DNA of 64,000 bases from Tortispora ganteri (taxonomy: Eukaryota): NCBI GenBank assembly GCA_003707115.1, contig PPNB01000029.1, positions 1-64,000 on the forward strand, in the 5' to 3' direction. The notes below the pieces were generated by a model. It ran no database searches and had not been told where the DNA came from. It worked only from the letters and a program-made list of their open reading frames with translations. The stretch's first letter is position 1; every line of letters starts with the position of its first letter. Shown here one piece after another: positions 51,272 to 61,400 of the stretch. The position numbers and the translations under genes were made by a program.

Positions 51272-51958
51272 TTATGGGTGTTGTATAGATGGATACTGGT
51301 TCACAGTTGGCTCAATCTCCTCGGAGATCACCGCCAACGACTGAGATCGCGATCTAGCGGGTCTATACGCTTTTTTACGTCCACGTTTCCACAGTTGCGT
51401 CCTCGACTGGTTTCTGGTCCTCTTATTACCTGTTGATACACTGTCTATAACATGATCTTTTAACGCCTGTGGTGTCAGAGATGGGTGAGAGGCGTCGTAC
51501 GCGGCACACCACTCTGTATAGCTCCAGTCGTCTAGATCCCACCAGCCTGCGTCGTGATTCTCCTTTTCTTGGTTTTTTGTATACTGCGACTTGACTTGAA
51601 ACGAATCTTCAATTATATTTTTCTTTTCTGGTTTGTATCCGGCGTATTTGGCTCTGCATGTATGGTCACACGGCTGACCACTTGATCGGCTACGTCCAGA
51701 TCGTTGATTGGATGCACCTCTCAAATCACCTACAGAGATTGTAGAGGGTCTAATATTGCAACACTGACATGGTTTAACGACTGGTATAATGAAAGAGCCA
51801 CAGCATCGCCTGTGTATAACAATTGCGGGCGAAGAGTTGCTTCGACTCCGACCATATGACCGTCCAGGACCGCGTCGCAGAGCCTGAATGTACAGAGCAT
51901 CAGCATCAGGTGCTAAGATATCTAGAAACTCATGTAAAAGAATACCGTGTTCTCCCAT
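51272..51958 (-). CDS. Hypothetical/orphan protein, 228 aa
   Basis: ATG-initiated ORF filling an otherwise empty interval, flanked by AT-rich DNA. No family recognised. Confidence 0.55.
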   Translation of the reverse strand: MGEHGILLHEFLDILAPDADALYIQALRRGPGRSYGRSRSNSSPAIVIHRRCCGSFIIPVVKPCQCCNIRPSTISVGDLRGASNQRSGRSRSSGQPCDHTCRAKYAGYKPEKKNIIEDSFQVKSQYTKNQEKENHDAGWWDLDDWSYTEWCAAYDASHPSLTPQALKDHVIDSVSTGNKRTRNQSRTQLWKRGRKKAYRPARSRSQSLAVISEEIEPTVNQYPSIQHP

Positions 51959-52243
51959 TAAATCACAATAAATCTTGGAATGCACTAAACGACTGATAAT
52001 GTATGCTTACACACACACACATAAATCTGATCTGCATATGCGCATAGAAGCACCAGCCACTAATTATTAACAACACTACATATAATATCTGTATTGCTAT
52101 TTTATGACGATTGAAACATACAAAAGATCTTGTTATTCATTAAAAAGAACTTACGATGGTATCTCTAATTGGTTGCGGTAGTCTATAGTCACTTTTGGTC
52201 TTTAACTTAGATATTACACCTAAACACCACTCCTTCTAATCAA

Positions 52244-55200
52244 ATGGGGCCTAAAAAGCCTCAAAAATACGATAATGAATTGTCTAAATCAGGTATAAAC
52301 TATTTCCAGAATTCGCGAAAACCTCAGAGGAAAAATAATTTTAATCAGTTTGCTTCTGGCGCTCAATCGATCAATAACAACAGCAATAACAACAGCATTC
52401 AACAATTCTCTCTACATACACAATTGTACTCCCTCTACTCTCCGAATATATCCCCCGTATTTGAATACAAAGAGCCTTTATCATATAATTCACCGTCACA
52501 GAATACAACCGATCCACACTCGCCGGACCCCTTCCTCAATGACTACCAGAAGAAACTCCTCCAGCTCATGCAGTCATGGACAGGCGACCAGCAGACTCTC
52601 TATGAAAAGGCGCTCGAAATCCGAGAACAGGAACGAACGTCTATGGAATCTTCTGGACAGGTAGACAAGGAAAATGCAAAAAAGTCCCTTGAACAGGCTA
52701 TCACCTTCACAGGAACTTGTCCAGACATGTGCCCTCCCTTCGAGCGACTCAGACGCCAGTTCGAAAACGACATAAAGGCATTCGAAAAGGATCCTATCAC
52801 TAAACAACCCAGTGCAGAAAGATGTGTAAAATGTTTTGCTCGTCCTGCCGCTGGCCAACCTCCACCTCTTCCTTCAGACGTTCGTCCTCCAAAAGTCCTC
52901 GTCAAGACACTAGACTACTTAATCACCAACATTCTTTCTCATCTTCCTTCCTCACACGCATTTTTGTGGGATAGAACCCGCTCTATCAGACAAGACTTTA
53001 CATTCCAAAATTACAATGGTGACGAAACAGTTCTCTGCTGTGAGCGTATCGCCAGAATTCACATACTCTCATGTCACGTTATGGCTTCGATTGATGACCC
53101 AGAGTACAGTCGTCAGCAAGAACTAGAACAGTTCACTAAAACAATGCAGACTTTACTCGACTTGTACGATGAGGCTCGTACACGCAATAAAATGTACCGA
53201 AACGAACCTGAATTCCGCGCTTATCATTTATTATCCGCTATCAACGATGCTGAAGCGGACAGAACTGCCCAACTTCTGCCTCCAGAGGTCTATTTTCATT
53301 CTCATGTTCAGATTGCTTTAAAGCTCAGAGCACTAGCTCAGCAGAATAATCAAACAGGACGGGGATCTCGAAACACAGCGGCTTGTCTCAATATATTTGC
53401 TGCGTTCTTCCGGGCTCTTGAGGAAACTGAGGTCCCATTTCTCATGACTTGTCTTCTCGAAACTCATTTCATTGATATACGAATTGGAGCTTTACGGGCC
53501 ATGGCACGTGCTGTTCACAAAAAGTCGCGACCTTACTCTGTCTCTCACTTGGCTAGACTCTTAGGGTTTGACGATATCGGCTCTGCTATATCATTCTGTC
53601 AGACATGCGGGCTTAACGTTATAACCGAATCAGATGACACGTATATCGAAATTACAAGCTGGTCTGAACCTCATGTTCAAACTATCACTTTTAATCGTTT
53701 GTGTTTCTCTCAAATCGCCGAACGTAAACGGAACTCTTTGCCTTTTGATCAAATAGTTTCTGATCCCTCAGATGGTGTGTCATTTTATATGCAAGGCAAT
53801 GAAATACAGCTAAAAAATCATGACAGAACAGCTAAGGTCTCTGTAAAACCGGAGGTTAATACGGTTCAACCATCCTTCAGTTCCGGAACTTTTAATACTG
53901 GTACATCTCATAAACCAACTCCAAGCGCTGGCCCGTTTGGTACAGGTTTACAGAAGAGTGATCTGCCAGCACCAAAATTACCACAGAACGATGTTCCTAA
54001 GTTCATTAATCAGAAGGACAAAAGCTCAGCTCCTATTCCTCAATTTAGCTTCCCTAAGACATCGACAATAACCAATGAACCAACTGTCACAGCTACTGAA
54101 TTTGCACCACAAAAGTTTACTGCCAAGGCAGAGACAGTGCATGTTAGTTCACCTAAAATGGAAACGCTATCGGCCAAAATACCAGAAAATGCAGTCAGAG
54201 ATGTTGCAACTGCGTTACAATTATCGGTAGTATCGAAGCTTGTGAGGTCCATTATCGAAGACTCGTTAAGGTCTATAGAAGAAGAAAAAGCGAAGCGAAA
54301 AGCTAACATTGCTGCCTATTCAAACGGCCTATTTTATTCATTAGTAGGTGATCTTACTTGGAAGATATTTTATTTGGAAAAAGCCGATTTGTTTCATGAA
54401 TTTTGCTTGAAGCGGAGATGTATACGGAAAATCTCTCAGATCTCTCGAGACTCTTTAGCTGCCAAAAAGATCAGAGAGCAGCGTGAAAAAGAAGTGAATG
54501 ATGCATTTCGCATTCTTTCTAATCCAGATCAATTCAGGGATCATTTAGACATGCAAATTGATTACGATATGGATTTAGATTCGGATTTAATGCTAGCTGA
54601 AGATATGCAGTTGGAAAAACTGGAGAATGAGAATATATGGAAAATGATTTCATTTAATGCTATGCAGGCGTCTATATCGGTAGGACTATCACAATACCAA
54701 CCGAGCATTTTCTCCTTATATATTTACGTCTATGCGAATGATTGGAATTCTCCTAGCGCTGAATGGATTTGCGCTAAATTTGGATTGTCTTGGAATGAAT
54801 CTTCTGGGTGTTACAGACGCGAGTTTAAAGCAGGAGTCTATTCTATTTTTATAGACTCTCTTCATACGTCATCATCTATAAATTCAGGATGCATTGGTTT
54901 AATTTTTGAGACTGGATTTAATATTGCTACCGAGAAGCCTACTGTCGAGAATGCTTACACCACTTTGCAGAATAGTCGTGGGGTGTTATCGGCTATACTT
55001 GAGCGAGTTTCGACAGTTTCCTATTTCAAGATTCCCATTTTGATACTTTTCTGGCCAGCTTCTACTAATGTGATGAATGGAGATGAATTCACGCGACAAT
55101 TAAGCGCTTCAATTGAACATTTAGGCCCGAGCATTGTCTCTATAAACTCTGTGACATTAACAAGCAGAAGCATGACTGTGCTTGAGGCAGAATTTGCCGA

Positions 55201-55567
55201 GTTTTGTAAATGGTTGATATCGAGCCGGAACCCTCTCATTATACGTCAAAGCCATTCTTTGAAACGACAAGTCAGTTCGCAGCTAGCGTCTCCGGGAAAG
55301 CGACTACACAAAGAAGAGTCTGTTTTGGCAGATGAGAACGATCGCAAACGTCGCTTGTCTTTTCTAAAGCGCCATATCAATGCTCCTATAAGTACATCTG
55401 CTAAAGATGTATCGACGAGTAAACCGATGACTACAAGCGTAATAGGACGGTCCGTTGGGCTGAATTTTGTGTCAAACAAGACGGCGGAATTGCTACATCT
55501 TATCCGAGTGGTGAACAATGAGAGAGGCTTAACGAGTGCCATGTTAGAAGACGGTATTGACAAATGA
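52244..55567 (+). CDS. SAC3: TREX-2 mRNA export scaffold Sac3
   Basis: AITFTGTCPDMCPPFER, RPAAGQPPPLPSDVRPP, FLWDRTRSIRQDFTFQN, ERIARIHIL and NEPEFRAY. Confidence 0.95.
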   Translation: MGPKKPQKYDNELSKSGINYFQNSRKPQRKNNFNQFASGAQSINNNSNNNSIQQFSLHTQLYSLYSPNISPVFEYKEPLSYNSPSQNTTDPHSPDPFLNDYQKKLLQLMQSWTGDQQTLYEKALEIREQERTSMESSGQVDKENAKKSLEQAITFTGTCPDMCPPFERLRRQFENDIKAFEKDPITKQPSAERCVKCFARPAAGQPPPLPSDVRPPKVLVKTLDYLITNILSHLPSSHAFLWDRTRSIRQDFTFQNYNGDETVLCCERIARIHILSCHVMASIDDPEYSRQQELEQFTKTMQTLLDLYDEARTRNKMYRNEPEFRAYHLLSAINDAEADRTAQLLPPEVYFHSHVQIALKLRALAQQNNQTGRGSRNTAACLNIFAAFFRALEETEVPFLMTCLLETHFIDIRIGALRAMARAVHKKSRPYSVSHLARLLGFDDIGSAISFCQTCGLNVITESDDTYIEITSWSEPHVQTITFNRLCFSQIAERKRNSLPFDQIVSDPSDGVSFYMQGNEIQLKNHDRTAKVSVKPEVNTVQPSFSSGTFNTGTSHKPTPSAGPFGTGLQKSDLPAPKLPQNDVPKFINQKDKSSAPIPQFSFPKTSTITNEPTVTATEFAPQKFTAKAETVHVSSPKMETLSAKIPENAVRDVATALQLSVVSKLVRSIIEDSLRSIEEEKAKRKANIAAYSNGLFYSLVGDLTWKIFYLEKADLFHEFCLKRRCIRKISQISRDSLAAKKIREQREKEVNDAFRILSNPDQFRDHLDMQIDYDMDLDSDLMLAEDMQLEKLENENIWKMISFNAMQASISVGLSQYQPSIFSLYIYVYANDWNSPSAEWICAKFGLSWNESSGCYRREFKAGVYSIFIDSLHTSSSINSGCIGLIFETGFNIATEKPTVENAYTTLQNSRGVLSAILERVSTVSYFKIPILILFWPASTNVMNGDEFTRQLSASIEHLGPSIVSINSVTLTSRSMTVLEAEFAEFCKWLISSRNPLIIRQSHSLKRQVSSQLASPGKRLHKEESVLADENDRKRRLSFLKRHINAPISTSAKDVSTSKPMTTSVIGRSVGLNFVSNKTAELLHLIRVVNNERGLTSAMLEDGIDK

Positions 55568-55669
55568 AAGTTTACGTTTTTACCTTTTACGAATTACGAA
55601 TATATGTCTTGATGTGTGTATCAGAGGTTGGGGATGTTCTTCTAATAACTGAGGACGACATCATCATCA

Positions 55670-56911
55670 TCATGATCTGTAGTCCGCGTTAATTGCGATA
55701 TAGTCATGGCTAAAATCACACGTGTAGTATTCGGCAGTGGCGCCACCAGGGATTCCGAGAGAGATTCGGATATTGAGGTCCTCGAAACTGAGGATCCTGG
55801 AAGCTTCTTCTTCGTCCACAGTCTGAGGTTCGCCGTTGACAAGTAGTTTGAGCTCGTTAGATCCATCTGCAGGTATAAAAGAGACAGATGTCTTCTCTGG
55901 AATAACGGATTCAACTTCGGAGTAACCTACAGCGCACAGTATACGGCCCCAATTAGCATCTTCGCCGTTAAGGGCGGTTTTGACTAGAGGAGACCTGGCG
56001 ATAGTAGAAGCGACTTTTTTTGCGTCTTCGAACGAATTTGCATCAGTGACCGAGATTGTAACGAACTTTGTAGCACCCTCTCCGTCACGGACGACGAGCT
56101 GAGCGAGTTGTTTAGCGAAATCGGCAATAATGAGCTTGAGGGTTTGGAACGCATCAGAGTTTTCGGTAATGAGATCACCACCTGCAGCACCGTTGGCGAG
56201 TGCGAGAATGGTGTCATTTGTAGACATATCACCATCTACTGAAATAGCATTAAACGATCTGTCAACGGCGTATTTAAGTATACTTTTAAGTGCTGCCGGA
56301 TGGACGGGCGCATCAGTGACGAAGAACGATAGCATAGTAGCCATATTGGGGTGGATCATTCCGGCACCCTTTGCCATTCCGGCGACATTATAGACAGTCG
56401 ATCCAACTTCAAATGACTTAGATACAAGTTTAGGGAACGTATCAGTAGTACAAATAGCCTTAGCGGCGTTTAGCCAATCATCGTGAGTTTGTCCGAGCTG
56501 GACTGCTTGAATGCCTTTTTCAATCTTTTCCATAGGCAATAACTGACCAATGACGCCTGTTGACATTACAAGACTTGGATTTCCAATAAGTTCGACCATT
56601 CTTTTAGCGTCTCTAAGGCCATCTTTACCCGTGACGGCATTAGCACATCCACTATTGACTACGATACCTCGAATCCCTGTTCCATTAGTATCTTCTAGGA
56701 TCTCTTTACATACTACTACTGGCGCCGCTTTGAATTTGTTCATAGTGAACATACCTGCAGCATTCGCTGGTAATGTGGATTTGAGAACCATTAAGTCTAG
56801 ATCTGATTTTTTAATTCCACATGCCGTGCTGCCTATAGAGTACCCGGCAGGATACGATCCCGATGTTGGTATGAACTTCGCTTTTGAGGACAACATTCTG
56901 ATGCCTTTCAT
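55670..56911 (-). CDS. ARG7: Mitochondrial ornithine acetyltransferase ArgJ
   Basis: [31 protein letters not shown] (autocleavage Thr), DGDMSTND and INADYRS. Confidence 0.97.
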   Translation of the reverse strand: MKGIRMLSSKAKFIPTSGSYPAGYSIGSTACGIKKSDLDLMVLKSTLPANAAGMFTMNKFKAAPVVVCKEILEDTNGTGIRGIVVNSGCANAVTGKDGLRDAKRMVELIGNPSLVMSTGVIGQLLPMEKIEKGIQAVQLGQTHDDWLNAAKAICTTDTFPKLVSKSFEVGSTVYNVAGMAKGAGMIHPNMATMLSFFVTDAPVHPAALKSILKYAVDRSFNAISVDGDMSTNDTILALANGAAGGDLITENSDAFQTLKLIIADFAKQLAQLVVRDGEGATKFVTISVTDANSFEDAKKVASTIARSPLVKTALNGEDANWGRILCAVGYSEVESVIPEKTSVSFIPADGSNELKLLVNGEPQTVDEEEASRILSFEDLNIRISLGIPGGATAEYYTCDFSHDYIAINADYRS

Positions 56912-57105
56912 TGTTTGTAATTAAATAAAAAAATAGTTATAAGTACAATAAACTGTAGGGTAATATAATGTAGTTATAATTTTTAAAAATTGAACAAAAG
57001 AGTCACTAAGTGAGATAGAGATAGAGATAAAAAGAAGAGGGAGGGATTGGGGGACACCGATGACTGTTAAGTTTTTAAGATCTATTTCTTCCTTTTATAT
57101 AGCCA

Positions 57106-58401
57106 ATGAACGACAACGGATCAAATATTGATCAAGATACGTCGCAATTCGATGCAGATAATGATCTTGACCTAATTGAAGACACGTTTGACGATAATGA
57201 TGAAAACAAAGACAAAGATGAAGTAACACCAACTAGCCAGCATAGTACCGACCATCATCCTACGACCTCAACCAACTTGGGCCGTCATTATGTTGGTAAG
57301 AAGAAATATCTTCATTCAAAAAGACGTAGATTGCCAGCATTCTTAGAAGGACCAGAGGCATACTTTGAATTTCATCGTTGGAAACCAGACCGTCCAGAAA
57401 ACGACAATTTCTTACCGCAAATACCCACAGATACGTATCTTCAATTAATCTCAACTATTGAAAATGACAATATTGAACCACGTGAAAAACTACATAATAC
57501 ATACTCTAAACTTTTTCCACAATGGAAATATGAACTACGATGCAATCGTGCAGTCTTACTATACGGCCTTGGATCAAAGATCAGACTCCTTAATGATTTC
57601 GTAAACTACATGCATATCACTACAGTTGTTGCTAATGGTTATAATAACAATTTATTTGTCGCTGAGTTTATGAAAAATGTGTTTAAGGCAATGTTCCCTA
57701 AAACTCCTCCTCCAAGAGCTGCTCAAGATGTTTTGCCGCTAATTAAGCAGCTCGTAAAAGCAGATGACTATGTTCCTAAACCTTTACTCATTGCTATACA
57801 TAGTCTCGATTCCGACACTCTATGCTCAGAAGGTGCTCAGAATTTTATAGCTTCTGTGGCAGAACTGCCAATGGTCCATCTTATTGCATCAATTGACAAT
57901 TTTAACGCTCCAATGATGTGGGATGTGAGACTTTACTATCGCTTCAAGTTCATTTGGCATGAAACGCATACCTTTGCACCATATCTTTTAGAGACACCTA
58001 GTATGGAACCAACTGCTGCAGGTCATTCTACTCGTCCTATAGGCGATCGTGGTCTTCAATTTGTGTTGCGAAGTATCACCGTCAATGCTCGCCAGGTATA
58101 TCGTATCCTGACTGCTCATCAGCTTGAGCTTTTCGACCAACGTGTCGCTATAAAAGGTGAAGACGCTGCTGCAAAAGCATCTAATTCTTCATATAGTATC
58201 AGCCTTAAAGATCTCTACCAGCTCTGTTTGGCAGAATTTGTCGTCAGCAGCGAACTAAATCTCAGAACTATTCTGCAAGAATTCGTCGAACACCAAATGG
58301 CAGTTATTATCGAAAAGGGAAACGGCGCTGAATACGTATATATACCCTTTAATAAAGATACATTAATAACTATCCTCGAGTTTGAAGAACTCGCACAATA
58401 A
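57106..58401 (+). CDS. ORC2: Origin recognition complex subunit 2
   Basis: EGPEAYFE, LFPQWKYEL, LYGLGSK, LIASIDN..APMMWD, WHETHTFAPY and LQEFVEH. Confidence 0.93.
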   Translation: MNDNGSNIDQDTSQFDADNDLDLIEDTFDDNDENKDKDEVTPTSQHSTDHHPTTSTNLGRHYVGKKKYLHSKRRRLPAFLEGPEAYFEFHRWKPDRPENDNFLPQIPTDTYLQLISTIENDNIEPREKLHNTYSKLFPQWKYELRCNRAVLLYGLGSKIRLLNDFVNYMHITTVVANGYNNNLFVAEFMKNVFKAMFPKTPPPRAAQDVLPLIKQLVKADDYVPKPLLIAIHSLDSDTLCSEGAQNFIASVAELPMVHLIASIDNFNAPMMWDVRLYYRFKFIWHETHTFAPYLLETPSMEPTAAGHSTRPIGDRGLQFVLRSITVNARQVYRILTAHQLELFDQRVAIKGEDAAAKASNSSYSISLKDLYQLCLAEFVVSSELNLRTILQEFVEHQMAVIIEKGNGAEYVYIPFNKDTLITILEFEELAQ

Positions 58402-58476
58402 ATGACTCAGAGTTTTCACAACCTCTTCACCATTTATACTACTTCTCTACATTCATTATAATCCAAATTTATTCAT

Positions 58477-61400
58477 TTACAGCGACGGAGCTATCTTGCT
58501 CTGATCCCGGCATTTAAACGCCTGTTCCGCCATACTCTCTAATGTCGCAAATTCTCCACTATTTTCACACATGTTCCTGAAAATAGAGTCCTTCTTTTGA
58601 AGAAGATTATATGGTACATCGTACTCAACTGCACGACCTGCATCCATAACAAGAATCATGTCATAATCAATAATAGATTTCAATCTATGCGCAATAGTCA
58701 ACAGCGTGCTTTGACCAAATTCCTCACGAATAGTCCGTTGAATTCGCGCATCCGTGTCATAATCAATAGAGGCAGTAGCCTCGTCAAGAAGTATCAGTTT
58801 AGGCATTCGTAGAAGCGAGCGCGCAAGGCACATCAGCTGTCTTTGTCCGTGTGATAGATTGCTTCCTCCTTCCTCCACACTGTACTCAAGATCATAGAAA
58901 ACGTTCACGTTCTCATTGCCACTGTTAGCCCGGTTCTCTTGCCGGCCTTGTTCATAGTCATTTGATATCAGTTGCACACGACGCAACGCTTCGTATATTT
59001 GTTGGTCGCTGTACATATTGAACGGGTCAAGGTTGAACTTAATCGTTCCAGCAAAAAGGGTAGGATCCTGTGGAATAATAGTCAATGCATGCCGTAGATC
59101 GCGCAGCCCTATTCCAGATATGTCAAGTCCGTCAATCAGAATCCGGCCCTTTTCGGCCTCTAGGAAACGGAAAAACGCAGAGATAATAGTAGATTTGCCT
59201 GCACCTGTGCGGCCGACAATGCCAACTTTAGCACGTGGCATGACTTCAAATGAAACCCCATTAATTACAGTCGGTAAAGAAGGAGCGTATCTCAGCGTCA
59301 GGTCCTGCACAACAATGTGTCCATGCGCAGGCCAGTCGACCGGAGGCCGCTTGTCTTCAATCACAGCAGGCGCTTCTTGCTCAACTTTTATGTACTCGTC
59401 AATGCGCTCCACAGAATTCATGTCAATCTCTAAAGCCGAATACATTCTGACAACCCATAGCAAGCTTTCATTGAAAGTAAGCGCATATGAAATCGATAAA
59501 CCGGCAAGACCAGAGTCTATCTTATCTCCAGCCATAAACACAAAGAACGCCGAAAAGAACGACACTAGCGCACCAGTTATATCTGCTCGTAAACTGAGCC
59601 ATCTATTAGCGATCCATAGGTATATAAACGGACGGTGGTTAGTGTCAAGCATATCGAAGTTCTTTTTCAGGAATCGGCGCTCATCTCCATACGCTCTGAT
59701 AGTAGCTACACCACTCAAAGTCTCGCCAAAGTTCTGAAACATAGGACTTTTCGTAACGGAATCTAACCGTTTGAGGGCACGTGATGCGCTCAGATAGAGG
59801 TAACCTATAACGAGATATAACAGCGTAATAAAAACAGCAGCAATCAAGAAGGCCGGCGTAATCACTGACACCAGGATAATCACTGTAATAGCAGAAATTA
59901 TTGTCTGGAAAAAATATATGGAAATAGCAGCAAGTTCCTGATCTATAGTCTCAATATCTTTGGAAAATCTATTGAGAATGCGTCCAAGAGGCGTGGAGTC
60001 AAAAAATCGAAGTTTCGCGTAAAGCATGGCATTCAACAGACGATTGAATACACGACGGGACGCAGTAAGACTACCGTAGAAAACAACCATTTCACGAAGA
60101 ATAGTGAATATGTTGAATGCGACTGTCAAAATGGCATAACCCACCAAATAATACAAGTTGCTGTGTCCCTGATCTGCAGTGTTCATAATAGAGGCGGTGG
60201 CTATTGATCCACGCAAAATCCCAAAATAGTTAAAAGGCATTCTCAAAGACCAGCTTGACGAAGAAGATAATGGAGAGCTAGCTACATGGACGACTGGCAT
60301 AACTTCCGTATCATAAGAAACTCCACGAGCCCATGCACGGATCCAGTAGGATTGACCAACTTGCATCAACTGTAGAGATCCAAAAGATATCGCAACCAGA
60401 AGCCAGAAATACCACGGACCTAAAGCTTTAAGATAAACTGAATATACTTCCCATGACAAAGCACCTTCAGCGTATGTTTCCTCATTAGAGGGTTGAATTT
60501 TATCAGTTTTCTTCGAATCGGCATCAGAAGGTTTGACATTTTCTTCTAACATACCCTGTTCGGCAAGCCTATCGGTAATGGCACTAGAAACAATATCATC
60601 CTTGCGTTCCATGACATTCACAGTTGAATGAGATCTGGAAACTAGAGAGGATTGAGCGACGCTATCGCGGATAAGTTCGTCATCACCAAGAAGGCCCTTT
60701 TCTGAGACTTCCGCAGGCGAACCTTGGCCCACAACGCGTCCATTCTTCAAAACTATCACATGAGAAGCACCTCTGATAGTCAAAGCAACATTATGAGAAA
60801 CCAATATACAAGTTCTGTTCGACATTAGAGGGCCTAATAGCGCCTCCTCATATATCCAGAGAGAAGTGTGAGAGTCTACAGCACTCAGGCAGTCGTCTAG
60901 CAGTAAATGTTTAGCATTGGAGTATATCGCACGAGCTAAAGAGATTCGCTGCTTTTGGCCGCCAGAAAGAGTGATACCCTTTTCACCAACAAGAGTTTCA
61001 TCTCCGAAGTCAAGTATATCAAAATCTCGTTGAAGTGCACAAGCTTCAATTACCTTGGAATATCGATCTTCATCAAGAGGCGCCGAAAACAATATGTTGT
61101 TCTTAATAGTATCGTTAAGTAGCCAAGCCTGTTGAGCACAGTAAGCGACTGCGTTGATCAGTTTTGTTTCGGGGTCTGGTACCAAGTCTTCTCGAGATCC
61201 TATACCTGGAAGATATACAGCACCTGAATAGACATTCATTTCGCCCAACAGAGCCATAAGCAGGGAGGTTTTCCCCGAGCCTGTGGGTCCAGTAATTACA
61301 GTTAATTGACCTTCTTGAAAATTGATGGATATATCTCTGAGCTTGAAATCAGAACTGGAGTCCGAGGACGACCAACCAATAGTTGCAGACTCAAAACCTA

